NCBI RefSeq assembly: GCF_009931435.1
Contig: NZ_CP043414.1
Source of the DNA: Escherichia coli
Lineage (GTDB): Bacteria; Pseudomonadota; Gammaproteobacteria; Enterobacterales; Enterobacteriaceae
Length of the DNA: 64,000 nucleotides
Reading direction: 5' to 3' (one strand)
The notes under the pieces are model-generated. The model saw nothing but the letters and a program-made list of their open reading frames with translations. It was not told the DNA's origin and did not search any database. Shown one piece after another: positions 1 to 11,791 of the stretch (positions within the stretch are counted from its first letter, which is position 1; each line of letters starts with the position of its first letter). Made by a program: the position numbers and the translations under genes.

Positions 1-406
1 GGCGCGCCAGCATTCGCAGTACCAGCATCAGCTGTCGGCGTCGTTGATGCCGCCGCACCGCTTTGATCGCCGCTGGTTGATTGCGCCGCTGCACCACCGC
101 TGCTGAGGCTATCGATCTGCAACAGGATCTGCTTTTGCCGCTCCACGACCTGATTCAGTTGATACTGATTTTCCTGAATCTGACCACGCAGGGAATCAAT
201 ATCGGATTGATTATCAGAGAGTTGTTGCTGGAGTTGGGTTAAAAGCTGGCTGTGAGCATTAGAAATACGCTCAAGTTGAGTGACGCGGTCTTCGACCGAG
301 CCTGAGCCGACACTACTGATTGGTGCCTGAGCAAAAGCGGCCCAGGGGGCCGCTATACCAACCAGTAACGACAGACTCAATAGTTGATGTCTGAAGTTAC
401 TGCTCA
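1..406 (-). CDS. cpoB: CpoB (YbgF) periplasmic cell-division coordinator; 5' part only, truncated by window edge
   Basis: Reverse-strand translation from the ATG at 404-406 gives MSSNFRHQLLSLSLLVGIAAPWAAFAQAP... with a signal peptide and Gln-rich coiled coil; sits directly downstream of pal as in the tol-pal operon. Confidence 0.85.
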
Positions 407-416
407 TGCAATTCTC

Positions 417-962
<546 letters not shown>

Positions 963-972
963 TTAATTATTA

Positions 973-2268
973 TCACAGATACGGCGACCAGGCAGGGAAT
1001 TTGACCTGTCCATCAGTTGCCGGAAGACGCGCTTTGAAACGCCCATCTGTAGAAACCAAATTCAGCACGGATCCCATCCCCTGAGAAGAGCTGTAGATTA
1101 CCATAGTGCCGTTAGGTGCCAGACTTGGCGTTTCATCCAGGAACGTGGACGACAGAACTTGTACGCCTCCCGTTGCCAGATCTTGTTTGGCAATGTGCTG
1201 CTGCCCACCATTGGAGCTGACCATTACCATAAATTTACCGTCGCTGCTGACATCCGCATCCTGGTTCTGCGAACCTTCCCAGGTAATACGTTGTGGCGCA
1301 CCGCCGTTGATATTCACTTTATAAACCTGCGGACGACCGGCCTGGTCAGAAGTAAATGCCAGGTTCTGGCTGTCCGGGAACCAGGTCGGTTCGGTATTGT
1401 TACTGCGACCATCAGTCACCTGGCGGATCTGACCAGAAGCCAAATCCATTACGTACAGGTTCAGGCTACCGGTTTTCGACAAGGCGAATGCCAGTTTGCT
1501 GCCGTCTGGCGAGAATGCTGGTGCACCGTTGTGACGCGGGAATGAAGCCACCTGACGTACAGCACCATTTGCCAGCGTTTGAATAACCAGCGCTGAACGA
1601 CCGCTCTCGAAAGTCACATAGGCCAGTTTAGAACCATCCGGTGACCATGCCGGAGACATCAGCGGCTGCGGAGAACGGTGAACGACAAACTGGTTGTAAC
1701 CGTCATAGTCAGATACGCGCAGTTCATACGGGAACTGACCGCCATTGGTCTGAACAACGTAGGCAATACGGGTACGGAACGCACCTTTAATGCCGGTCAG
1801 TTTTTCAAACACTTCATCACTGGCGGTATGACCAGCATAACGCAGCCACTGCTTGTTCACTTTGTACGAGTTCTGAGCAAGTACAGTACCCGGTGCGCCG
1901 CCAGTGTCAACCAGCTGATAAGCAACATTGTAAGAGCCGTCCGGATTCGGAGTGACCTGGCCGACAACCACAGCGTCAATGCCCAGCGCAGACCATGCTG
2001 CTGGTTGTACTTCCTGTGCACTACCCGGCTGCTGTGGCAGACGAGCGCGATCTAATGGATTAAATTTACCGCTGTTACGCAAGTCAGCAGCAACGATGCC
2101 GCCAATATCTTCAGGTGCTGCACCAGGACCCGCCCACTGGAAAGGAACAACGCCAATAGGACGACCGGAATCTACACCGCTGTCGATCACAATGCGGACT
2201 TCAGCATGCAGAACTGATGCCCACAGTATGAGAAAACCAAATGCTACTCGTAATGCCTGCTTCATCAT
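973..2268 (-). CDS. tolB: Tol-Pal system beta-propeller protein TolB
   Basis: 431-aa [34 protein letters not shown]...; start may be the second Met (2265); upstream of pal. Confidence 0.95.
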   Translation of the reverse strand: MMKQALRVAFGFLILWASVLHAEVRIVIDSGVDSGRPIGVVPFQWAGPGAAPEDIGGIVAADLRNSGKFNPLDRARLPQQPGSAQEVQPAAWSALGIDAVVVGQVTPNPDGSYNVAYQLVDTGGAPGTVLAQNSYKVNKQWLRYAGHTASDEVFEKLTGIKGAFRTRIAYVVQTNGGQFPYELRVSDYDGYNQFVVHRSPQPLMSPAWSPDGSKLAYVTFESGRSALVIQTLANGAVRQVASFPRHNGAPAFSPDGSKLAFALSKTGSLNLYVMDLASGQIRQVTDGRSNNTEPTWFPDSQNLAFTSDQAGRPQVYKVNINGGAPQRITWEGSQNQDADVSSDGKFMVMVSSNGGQQHIAKQDLATGGVQVLSSTFLDETPSLAPNGTMVIYSSSQGMGSVLNLVSTDGRFKARLPATDGQVKFPAWSPYL

Positions 2269-2397
2269 ATCTCCCTTATCTGGACCGATGGCCCACGATA
2301 ATTTAGCAGAATGTTAACAAACTAAAATACACAAAACTACCAGAACCCCGTGGCAACCGGTGTCTGATGTTGACCGTCGGAACAGTCAGCATCGCGA

Positions 2398-3663
2398 TTA
2401 CGGTTTGAAGTCCAATGGCGCGTTTTTGAACACTTCATATACTGCCTGGCTTGGTGGTTTCGGGATCTTCGCAAGTTTAGCTGCTGCCAACGCAGCCTGA
2501 CAAAGTGCGGGATCGCCACCTTCAGGTTTGATATCCAGTAACATACCATCGGGTGCCAGTTTTATGCGCAGCGTACAGGTCTTGCCTGCATAGGACGATG
2601 CGTCATAGAACTTACTTTCGATAGCAGATTTAATCTGCCCGGCATAGTTATTGATATCGGCCCCTGATGCGCCATTGTTTTTAGTATTACCACTCCCGGC
2701 AGGCGAAGCATTGTTCCCTTTCGCCCCTCCCCCCGTTTTCGGTGCATTCTTACCAGAGCTTAGCTCACCGAAAATATCATCTGCCTCTGCGGCCGCTTTT
2801 GCTGCAGCGGCTTTTTCAGCTGCAGCTTTTGCCGCTGCCGCTTTTTTGTCTGCGGCGGCTTTTTCTGCCGCTGCTTTCTTATCAGCTGCTGCCTTTTCAG
2901 CAGCCGCTTTTTCTGCTGCTTTTTTGTCGGCTGCAGCTTTCTCTGCCGCTGCTTTCTTATCAGCTGCTGCCTTTTCAGCAGCCGCTTTCTTCTCAGCTTC
3001 TGCCTTGGTTTTTTCAGCAGCTTCAGTTGCCGCTTTTTTTCTTGCTTCAGCTGCAGCTGCTTCTGCCGCTTCCGCTTTCTTCTTCAGCGCCGCAGCGGCT
3101 GCTTCGGCTTTTTTCTGCGCTTCGGCTGCGGCTTTGGCTGCTTCTGCTTCTGCTTTTTTCTTCGCGTCTGCAGCCGCTTTCTTCGCTGCTTCTTCCGCAG
3201 CTTTTGCATCCGCTTCAGCCTTCGCTTTAGCATCTGCAGCCGCTTTCGCTGCCGCCTCTTCCGCTTGCTTCTGCTTTAACTCGGCCTGTTTTGCGGCTTC
3301 TTCAGCCTGCTTTTTCTGCTCCTGAGCCGCTAACCGCTCTTTCTCAAGTTGCTTCAGGCGTTCCTGTTCAGCCGCTTGTTTCTCACGCAGTTCTTCCGCA
3401 GCCTGCTGTTCCTTCATCTTGCGCTGCTCATCAGAACGCTTCGCGCTTGATTCCTGGCTTTGCATGCGTTTGTACTGCTCAACTACCGCACCTGAATCAA
3501 CCATTACAGCGTCGATGGACGAACCACCGCCGCCTCCGGCTGAAGCTTCTATATTCTCATCGAACGAACTCCAGATCAGCGCCGCAAATAAGATGACATG
3601 CAGCACTGCTGAAATAATTATCGCCCGCTTGAGCTTGTCGTTTTGTTCGGTTGCCTTTGACAC
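2398..3663 (-). CDS. tolA: Tol-Pal system protein TolA
   Basis: 421-aa ORF with N-terminal TM helix, long Ala/Lys/Glu-rich helical domain (KAAAEKAAADKK repeats) and C-terminal domain; between tolR and tolB. Confidence 0.95.
   Translation of the reverse strand: MSKATEQNDKLKRAIIISAVLHVILFAALIWSSFDENIEASAGGGGGSSIDAVMVDSGAVVEQYKRMQSQESSAKRSDEQRKMKEQQAAEELREKQAAEQERLKQLEKERLAAQEQKKQAEEAAKQAELKQKQAEEAAAKAAADAKAKAEADAKAAEEAAKKAAADAKKKAEAEAAKAAAEAQKKAEAAAAALKKKAEAAEAAAAEARKKAATEAAEKTKAEAEKKAAAEKAAADKKAAAEKAAADKKAAEKAAAEKAAADKKAAAEKAAADKKAAAAKAAAEKAAAAKAAAEADDIFGELSSGKNAPKTGGGAKGNNASPAGSGNTKNNGASGADINNYAGQIKSAIESKFYDASSYAGKTCTLRIKLAPDGMLLDIKPEGGDPALCQAALAAAKLAKIPKPPSQAVYEVFKNAPLDFKP
2760..3300. repeat. 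In-frame tandem repeats encoding the TolA domain II Ala/Lys/Glu-rich helix
   Basis: Reiterated gctgcagc / gcggcttt / ttctgc units visible in the DNA; protein shows repeated AAEKAAADKKAA. Confidence 0.8.
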
Positions 3664-3727
3664 TCTCGGTTTCCAAAAACTGTTCGCCTGTTACCCGCTC
3701 TCTTTCAAGCAAGGGAAACGCAGATGT

Positions 3728-4156
3728 TTAGATAGGCTGCGTCATTAAACCAACCGATTTCACACCCGCACTATGTAACAAGTTCAGTGCTTTAATTATT
3801 TCATCGTAAGGCACATCTTTTGCGCCACCGATCAGAAAGACCGTTTTCGGGTTGGCCTTGAAACGGCTGGACACTTCCGCCACCACCTGCTCTGGTGGTA
3901 AACGCTCCAGGCGATCTTTCTCAACCACCACGGTGTACTGACCAATACCAGACACTTCAACAATCACTGGCGGATTATCGTTACTGCTCACCGCCTGTGA
4001 TTCAGTAGCGTCTGGCAGATCGACCTCCACGCTCTGGGTGATGATGGGCGCTGTCGCCATAAAGATCAGCAACAGCACCAGCAGTACGTCCAGCAACGGT
4101 ACAATGTTGATTTCGGACTTGAGATCGCGACGACCTCGTCCACGCGCTCTGGCCAT
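3728..4156 (-). CDS. tolR: Tol-Pal system protein TolR
   Basis: 142-aa ExbD/TolR-family ORF (MARARGRGRRDLKSEINIVPLLDVLLVLLLIF...). Confidence 0.95.
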   Translation of the reverse strand: MARARGRGRRDLKSEINIVPLLDVLLVLLLIFMATAPIITQSVEVDLPDATESQAVSSNDNPPVIVEVSGIGQYTVVVEKDRLERLPPEQVVAEVSSRFKANPKTVFLIGGAKDVPYDEIIKALNLLHSAGVKSVGLMTQPI

Positions 4157-4159
4157 GGC

Positions 4160-5253
<1,094 letters not shown>

Positions 5254-5356
5254 TTTACATCCCGGTAATGCAACAAAAGTTAGAGCTTTTAAACGCTGCT
5301 ACTATACGCGCGCGATTGAGGTTTGGGAATGAGGGCAAGTTAAGGGAGCGTAAAAA

Positions 5357-5388
5357 TTTATGGGCCTGAAGCGGCCCATAAATTTTTA
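5357..5388 (-). terminator. Rho-independent terminator downstream of ybgE (cydAB-cydX-ybgE operon); bidirectional hairpin
   Basis: tttatgggcc-tgaagc-ggcccataaa stem-loop flanked by an A-run on + and a T-run on the - strand. Confidence 0.6.
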
Positions 5389-5402
5389 AAGAGAATTCTG
5401 AT

Positions 5403-5696
5403 TTAAAAGAAGAAGAAAATCAGCCCGACAATGAGAACAATATCGGCAAGCAAAGGGCAAAAAATCCCTTGCCAGAGAACCTTCTGCGGACGAAAGCCCA
5501 CGCCGTGAATAACACCAGCACAGACGGCCCACATCAGCAATAAACCATGCCAGATTTCCAGTTCACTGGTCTTCGCGGCGAAACGTGACGGGTCCCAAAA
5601 CATACATCCTGCTAACAGAAGCGCCATCACGAAGGAAAGCGCCCGCAGGGGGCGCTTGTCCATTACCGCATACAAGGTTGCGATAATCTTACTCAT
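5403..5696 (-). CDS. ybgE: Small inner-membrane protein YbgE (cyd operon)
   Basis: 97-aa hydrophobic ORF immediately downstream of cydX; its start codon overlaps the cydX stop. Confidence 0.85.
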   Translation of the reverse strand: MSKIIATLYAVMDKRPLRALSFVMALLLAGCMFWDPSRFAAKTSELEIWHGLLLMWAVCAGVIHGVGFRPQKVLWQGIFCPLLADIVLIVGLIFFFF

Positions 5697-5809
5697 CAGA
5701 TGTCTTCTTGACCGGCTTTGCCTGATTCGACGTGCTCAAGCGCCAGCGCGGTGATTACCCCAAACGAACAGGCAAGAAGCGTTCCCAGAATCCATGCGAA
5801 ATACCACAT
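5696..5809 (-). CDS. cydX: Cytochrome bd-I accessory small subunit CydX (37 aa)
   Basis: Manual reverse-strand translation: MWYFAWILGTLLACSFGVITALALEHVESGKAGQEDI*; not in the ORF track because it is shorter than the track cutoff; sits between cydB and ybgE. Confidence 0.85.
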   Translation of the reverse strand: MWYFAWILGTLLACSFGVITALALEHVESGKAGQEDI

Positions 5810-5823
5810 TTTTAGCTCCTTAC

Positions 5824-6963
5824 TTAGTACAGAGAGTGGGTGTTACGTTCAATATCTTCTTTGGTGATACGACCGAACATTTTCCAGTAGCACCAGGCGG
5901 TGTAGAGCAGAATGATCGGTACCAGAACCACCGCAACCCAGGTCATGACGTTAAGCGTCAGCTGGCTGGAAGTTGCATCCCACATTGTCAGACTTGCGTT
6001 CATCATGGTGCTGGACGGCATCACAAACGGGAACATTGCAATACCGGCAGTCAGGATGATGCAGGCCAGCGTCAGGGAGGAGAACACAAACGCCCACGCC
6101 GCTTTATCCATACGTGCAGTCAGAATGGTCAGCAGAGGCAGAACCACACCCAGTACCGGAATAGCCCACAGAATCGGCGTATTGTTGAAGTTCACCAACC
6201 ATGCGCCAGCTTCACGAACCACTTCTTTATTCAGCGGGTTAGATGCCGCGTAATGGTCCATTGTTGATTTCACAACATAACCATCGATACCGTACATCAC
6301 CCATACGCCAGCCAGTGCGAAGCAGACCAGTGTCACCAGTGCCGCCACCTGAGCCGTTGCACGGGTACGCAGGTGCAGTTCGCCCACGGTACGCATCTGC
6401 AGATAGGTTGCGCCCTGAGTAATGATCATCCCTACGCTCACCACGCCAGCCAGCAGGCCGAACGGGTTAAGCAGCTGGAAGAAGTTACCGGTGTAGTACA
6501 GACGCAGATATTCATCCACGTTGAACGGTACGCCCTGCAACAGGTTACCAAACGCCACGCCAATCACCAGCGGCGGAACGAAGCTACCAATGAAGATGCC
6601 CCAGTCCCACATGTTACGCCAGCGGGTTTCTTCAATCTTGGAGCGGTAGTCAAAACCGACCGGACGGAAGAACAGAGACGCCAGCACGAGGATCATCGCC
6701 ACATAGAAGCCGGAGAACGCAGCGGCATAGACCATCGGCCAGGCAGCAAACAGAGCGCCACCCGCAGTGATCAGCCATACCTGGTTACCGTCCCAGTGTG
6801 GTGCGATGGAGTTAATCATAATTCGACGCTCGGTGTCGTTACGACCGAGGAAACGGGTGAGCATGCCCACCCCCATGTCGAAACCGTCAGTGACTGCAAA
6901 ACCAATCAGCAGAACGCCAACCAGCAGCCACCAGATAAAACGCAATACTTCATAATCGATCAT
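5824..6963 (-). CDS. cydB: Cytochrome bd-I ubiquinol oxidase subunit II
   Basis: 379-aa polytopic membrane ORF (MIDYEVLRFIWWLLVGVLLIGFAVTDGFDMGVG...). Confidence 0.95.
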   Translation of the reverse strand: MIDYEVLRFIWWLLVGVLLIGFAVTDGFDMGVGMLTRFLGRNDTERRIMINSIAPHWDGNQVWLITAGGALFAAWPMVYAAAFSGFYVAMILVLASLFFRPVGFDYRSKIEETRWRNMWDWGIFIGSFVPPLVIGVAFGNLLQGVPFNVDEYLRLYYTGNFFQLLNPFGLLAGVVSVGMIITQGATYLQMRTVGELHLRTRATAQVAALVTLVCFALAGVWVMYGIDGYVVKSTMDHYAASNPLNKEVVREAGAWLVNFNNTPILWAIPVLGVVLPLLTILTARMDKAAWAFVFSSLTLACIILTAGIAMFPFVMPSSTMMNASLTMWDATSSQLTLNVMTWVAVVLVPIILLYTAWCYWKMFGRITKEDIERNTHSLY

Positions 6964-6978
6964 TTGACGACTCCTGTC

Positions 6979-8547
6979 TTAGCGTGCCGGCTGAGTAGTC
7001 GTGGAAGACTGCTCAAAGTGATAGCGACCGGTTTTCAGGCTGCTTGGGCCGAGGCGTGCAAACTTGAACATCAAGAACAATTCTGCCACCAGGAACAGGG
7101 TATACAGGCCACAAATCAGCACCATCGAGAAGATGAGGTCGCCTGCGGTCAGTGACGAGTTCGCTACAGCTGTCGGCAGCACTTCACCGATAGCCCAAGG
7201 TTGGCGACCATATTCAGCCACGAACCAGCCCGCTTCTACAGCAATCCACGGCAACGGAATACCGTACAATGCAGCGCGCAGCAGCCATTTTTTCTCGCCA
7301 ATACGGTTGCGGATGACACTCCAGAAAGAGAGCGCGATGATTGCCAGCAGCAGGAAGCCACACGCCACCATGATACGGAACGCGAAGTACAGCGGCGCTA
7401 CACGTGGAATGGAGTCTTTGGTTGCCTGTTGAATCTGCGCTTCAGTCGCATCCGCCACGTTTGGCGTGTAGCGTTTCAGCAACAGACCGTAACCGAGGTC
7501 TTTCTTCATGCTATTGAACTGGTCACGAACCGCCTGGTCAGTAGAACCAGAACGCAGTTGCTCGAGCAGAGAGTACGCCTTCATCCCGTTACGGATGCGT
7601 TCTTCATGCTGCACCATCAGCTCTTTCAGGCCGATAACCGGGGTATCCACGGAACGCGTTGCAATGATGCCCAGCGCGTAAGGGATCTGGATCGCAAATT
7701 TGTTCGTCTCCTCTTCCTGATCAGGAATGCCGAACAGAGTAAAGGCAGCAGGTGCAGGTTGCGTTTCCCACTCGGCTTCAATAGCAGCCAGTTTGGTTTT
7801 CTGCACGTCGCCCATTTCATAACCGGATTCATCACCCAGAACAATAACAGACAGAACGGCAGCCATACCGAAGCTGGCAGCGATAGCAAAGGAGCGTTTA
7901 GCAAAGGCGAAGTCACGACCTTTCAGCATATACCATGCGCTGATACCGAGGATGAACATCGCGCCAGTCACATAACCAGACGCTACCGTGTGAACGAATT
8001 TCACCTGAGCAACCGGGTTAAGCACCAGCTCGGAGAAGCTCACCATCTCCATACGCATAGTTTCAAAGTTGAAATCGGATGCGATTGGGTTTTGCATCCA
8101 GCCGTTCGCAACCAGAATCCACAGTGCGGACAGGTTTGAACCAAGCGCCACCAGCCAGGTGACACACATATGCTGAACTTTACCCAGACGATCCCAACCG
8201 AAGAAGAACAGACCTACAAAGGTGGATTCGAGGAAGAAGGCCATCAGACCTTCGATTGCCAGCGGCGCGCCGAAAATATCCCCTACATAGTGGGAATAGT
8301 AAGACCAGTTAGTCCCGAACTGGAACTCCATGGTCAGACCGGTTGCCACACCCAGAGCGAAGTTGATACCAAACAACTTGCCCCAGAACTTGGTCATATC
8401 TTTATAAATCTGTTTGCCGGAAAGGACGTAGACCGTTTCCATAATGGCCAGCAGGAACGCCATACCGAGCGTCAGTGGCACAAAAAGGAAGTGGTACATC
8501 GCGGTCAAGGCAAACTGTAAGCGCGACAGTTCGACTATATCTAACAT
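6979..8547 (-). CDS. cydA: Cytochrome bd-I ubiquinol oxidase subunit I
   Basis: 522/523-aa ORF (M)[31 protein letters not shown]... with the Q-loop region. Confidence 0.95.
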
Positions 8548-9272
8548 CATGACTCCTTGCTCATCGCATGAAGACTCCGAGAGTGAACCCCGTTAGAAAG
8601 GGTCACACGCATGCCCCAATACAAAATTATTTGCTCGCCTCTATCGCTGCCTTTTCCTCAAAAGTGGAAAAGACAATGATAAAAAGTTACAAATATGTTA
8701 ATGAATAAACCAAATTGATCCCGTAATTATATTACGCCGCAAAATCCTTACAATAAACAGGTTTTTATTGAGCAAATTTGCATTTTTCGACAGTGATCAA
8801 TTTATAGCGAAATTGTCACGACCTCACCAATTTGATCTACGACAATTTATCGTGTTTTGCAGATTTTTTTCAAGAATTAAAAATTGATTTATATCAAAAC
8901 CAATCAAATATGTTAATTATGTATAAACCATAGACCATTGGTAATTTTATTGTTAATTTATTGTGAAATATTTATGTAACACAATTATTACAATAAAAAG
9001 ACATAGATAAAAAACCAGTGTTTTATTTAACAGAATCGCCTTATCAACTTTTTATAATACCAATTGATTAGAGTAGCCAATTTGTTGCTATTTTACATAA
9101 CATATTTTTATCAAAGTTAATTGATTGTTGCCTTTATGAGCATCGCCGTAAGACCGCCATGTTATTGTTTCATTTGTAATAATCACCAATAAGTATCGAT
9201 GAGAGAGATATCGCTTAACAGAGGCGACTGTGTCTGCATGAACACAGGCAACTTTCGCCTGATAAACGAAAA
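8548..9272. promoter_or_regulatory. Long AT-rich cydA upstream control region, shared divergently with the 9273 ORF; includes a perfect FNR-type box TTGATttatATCAA at 8884..8897
   Basis: Match to the TTGAT-N4-ATCAA FNR consensus seen directly; cydAB is known to be Fnr/ArcA controlled through a long multi-promoter region. Confidence 0.5.
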
Positions 9273-10295
9273 ATGAGCGATTTTTGCAAGTTAGTTTTTC
9301 TATTGCCGGGTACGCTGAGCGCCTCGCTTGATTACAATGAGGTTGCTGCCATGGGTCTTGATAATATAGGTTCTGTTGTCAATCGCTTCTCTGGTTGGCC
9401 ATCAAATGATCCTCTAAAAACAGATAACGAATCAATGACATCACCCGTGACTGTGCAGGTAATAAAGTTGATTGCCGCCATCCTTGACCCACATCGGATA
9501 GTCGTTGGTATCGATACACTTTATACAACGCAGCGCAAAACATTTACCTCAGAGGGTCAACAACTCATTGAATCAGCATTGAAAACACTTAATGTGATGA
9601 ATTTAAATAACCTGGAAACAGATCGTGATGAGGAGGGTAACTATCTGGCTTTTGGATATAACGTTGACACTCCTGACAGAATAACCGTTTCTGCTTATAA
9701 TGAAAAAAAACCTTTCTGTTATGGCCAATGTCTTTTAATACAGGATGAAGAACCAGATTTATTTAACCTGGTAAAAATTAAAACCTTTGAAGCCAGGCAT
9801 AATTATGTTTCTAAATTGATGAGCGATCCGGAATTTATGTTTAAATTCAGTTATAGCGCCCAACAAAATAGATTAGAACCTCATCTTCTGGTTCCCACTT
9901 ATTTCCCTCTGAAAACAAACCAACCGGTTACGCTAGAGGATGTACTGATACTTTATCGTTTCTTTAAAATGAATGGCGATTTTAATATATTAACATCAGA
10001 TGAATACATGAGTATCATGACACCTCTGATGAAGTGTGAGCGTAGTATCCACGACCATAACAGGTATGTGACGGGCAAAGATGCTCTTCTTCTGGACAAT
10101 CCTCCGTCTGGTAACCAGATATATTTCCATATTTCCCCTGACGAATCAGCAACACTTGTCCTTTATTTTTCAGACAATAACCTTGAATCCTTCGTCTTTG
10201 AAAATGATATTCCGAGCCAGTATCGACATTTCAAAATGTTTACCAATTTAGCACTAGTTATTGATCAGTTAACCGACGCCAATCAAATACTTTAA
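9273..10295 (+). CDS. Hypothetical protein (340 aa), AT-rich, no recognisable domain
   Basis: Long uninterrupted ORF in a strongly AT-rich stretch unlike the flanking core genes; alternative start at 9351 (MGLDNIG...). Confidence 0.5.
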   Translation: MSDFCKLVFLLPGTLSASLDYNEVAAMGLDNIGSVVNRFSGWPSNDPLKTDNESMTSPVTVQVIKLIAAILDPHRIVVGIDTLYTTQRKTFTSEGQQLIESALKTLNVMNLNNLETDRDEEGNYLAFGYNVDTPDRITVSAYNEKKPFCYGQCLLIQDEEPDLFNLVKIKTFEARHNYVSKLMSDPEFMFKFSYSAQQNRLEPHLLVPTYFPLKTNQPVTLEDVLILYRFFKMNGDFNILTSDEYMSIMTPLMKCERSIHDHNRYVTGKDALLLDNPPSGNQIYFHISPDESATLVLYFSDNNLESFVFENDIPSQYRHFKMFTNLALVIDQLTDANQIL

Positions 10296-10374
10296 TTTTC
10301 TATACAGCCCTGTGTAAAATATTGCTAAACAGTGCCCGGGGTTGATTTTTATTCCTCACGGTGATATTTAAATC

Positions 10375-10797
10375 ATGACACCATCTCAGCTCTCTTTTAA
10401 TACTCTTCCTGTCAATGCAACATGCACTTCAGAGATAACAGTAAACACACAAAAATTCTCTGACATCCTCTACTCAGTGGGGTATTCCCTAAAGGATCTG
10501 GCTTATCTGAGCAGATGTCTGGCATCATTACACCCGACACTCGCCAAAAACATTTATGAAACGGAAAATCTCAGCGATCAAAAATTACTTTATATAGATT
10601 GCCGTAGTACAAATGAAATCAAGATAAATATCTTTTTGGGTCAAAAAAGAGAAGAATTAATCGAAATTAGTTCTGATACAGTCATTTTTTCGATACTGTC
10701 TTCATTGATTGACTCAGTTATTTCTGAACATCGACATCAAATCCCCGTTAACGATTCAAATAATTCTGAACTATTTTATGAGGATTATACTGATTAA
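10375..10797 (+). CDS. Hypothetical protein (140 aa), AT-rich, acidic C-terminus
   Basis: ORF immediately downstream of and co-directional with the 340-aa ORF; no recognisable motif. Confidence 0.45.
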   Translation: MTPSQLSFNTLPVNATCTSEITVNTQKFSDILYSVGYSLKDLAYLSRCLASLHPTLAKNIYETENLSDQKLLYIDCRSTNEIKINIFLGQKREELIEISSDTVIFSILSSLIDSVISEHRHQIPVNDSNNSELFYEDYTD

Positions 10798-11341
10798 ATC
10801 CACTCTGTACGAACCTGTCCTGCATTTATGCCAGAAGTATTAGAATCTTTGCTTAACGTTACTCATACAGTAGCACCTTCATGTGCCTCTCTTTTTTACG
10901 AAAAATCAAAAGAGCTAACAAAAGTCATTCTTCGCATGAATCATTAATTATTTGTTATTTTCAACATTATTTTTACATTAAGCATATATGAATTGCAGTG
11001 AAATTCGACTTAACTTTTATGAAATGCATTTACTCATGGCTAAAGCCACGTCACAAAAATGCAAATTAGAAGTTGATCACAATTATCTCAATCCATCAAA
11101 TCAAGTTAATTTTAAAAATTTAACATCCATGACATTAGTTGACATAACACGCTGAATTAAAATGAGAATTTAAAAAAACACTTTAAACAATCATTTCCCG
11201 AAAGACATTTTGAAAATAGATCAATTGCAACATTACGGTCAGATAAAGACACTCCTCTGATATTAAACCTGTGCCGTTATGAACGGCCATAAATACGACG
11301 TGTGTAACTTAATTTACTCTCTGTCTTACAAAGGATTACCC

Positions 11342-11791
11342 ATGAAGAAAGCAACACTTGTGATTGGCGTTATTGGCGCGGACTGCCATGCAGTAGGCAA
11401 TAAAGTTCTGGACCGCGTTTTTAGCAACCATGACTTCAGAGTCATTAATCTGGGCGTAATGGTCAGCCAGGACGAATATATTGATGCTGCCATTGAAACT
11501 GGCGCTGACGCGATTGTCGTCTCCTCTATCTATGGGCATGGCGATATCGATTGTCTGGGCATGCGCGAACGCTGCATCGAGCGTGGGCTGGGTAACATCC
11601 TGCTCTATGTGGGCGGTAACCTGGTGGTCGGAAAACATGACTTCGCTGACGTGGAAACCAAGTTCAAAGAGATGGGATTTGATCGCGTCTTTTCCCCAAG
11701 TCATGACTTAGAAGATGTTTGTCAGCTGATGGCCCACGATATCAACCAACGTCATGACGTTGATACTCGCATTCTTGAAGAGGCAATCTGA
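11342..11791 (+). CDS. glmS: Glutamate mutase sigma (S) subunit, B12-binding (methylaspartate mutase small subunit)
   Basis: [24 protein letters not shown]... carries the DxHxxG cobalamin-binding motif and aligns by eye with clostridial GlmS/MutS; start at 11342 chosen over the track's 11279 because of the RBS. Confidence 0.85.
   Translation: MKKATLVIGVIGADCHAVGNKVLDRVFSNHDFRVINLGVMVSQDEYIDAAIETGADAIVVSSIYGHGDIDCLGMRERCIERGLGNILLYVGGNLVVGKHDFADVETKFKEMGFDRVFSPSHDLEDVCQLMAHDINQRHDVDTRILEEAI

Noticed and set aside
2651-3325. Long plus-strand ORFs (224 aa, 162 aa) rich in Ala/Phe/Ser or Leu/Pro/Gln
   Set aside because: They are antisense to tolA and are a by-product of the low-complexity repeat composition; tolA on the minus strand is the real gene
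7201-8139. 312-aa plus-strand ORF
   Set aside because: Antisense shadow ORF inside cydA
10828-10947. 39-aa small ORF (MPEVLESLLNVTHTVAPSCASLFYEKSKELTKVILRMNH) in the spacer before glmS
   Set aside because: No convincing ribosome-binding site and no recognisable features; too speculative to list as a gene
11105-11170. Sigma70 promoter for glmS with a TTGACA -35 hexamer at about 11131
   Set aside because: No well-spaced -10 hexamer could be matched (TAAAAT lies only 13 bp downstream); left uncalled
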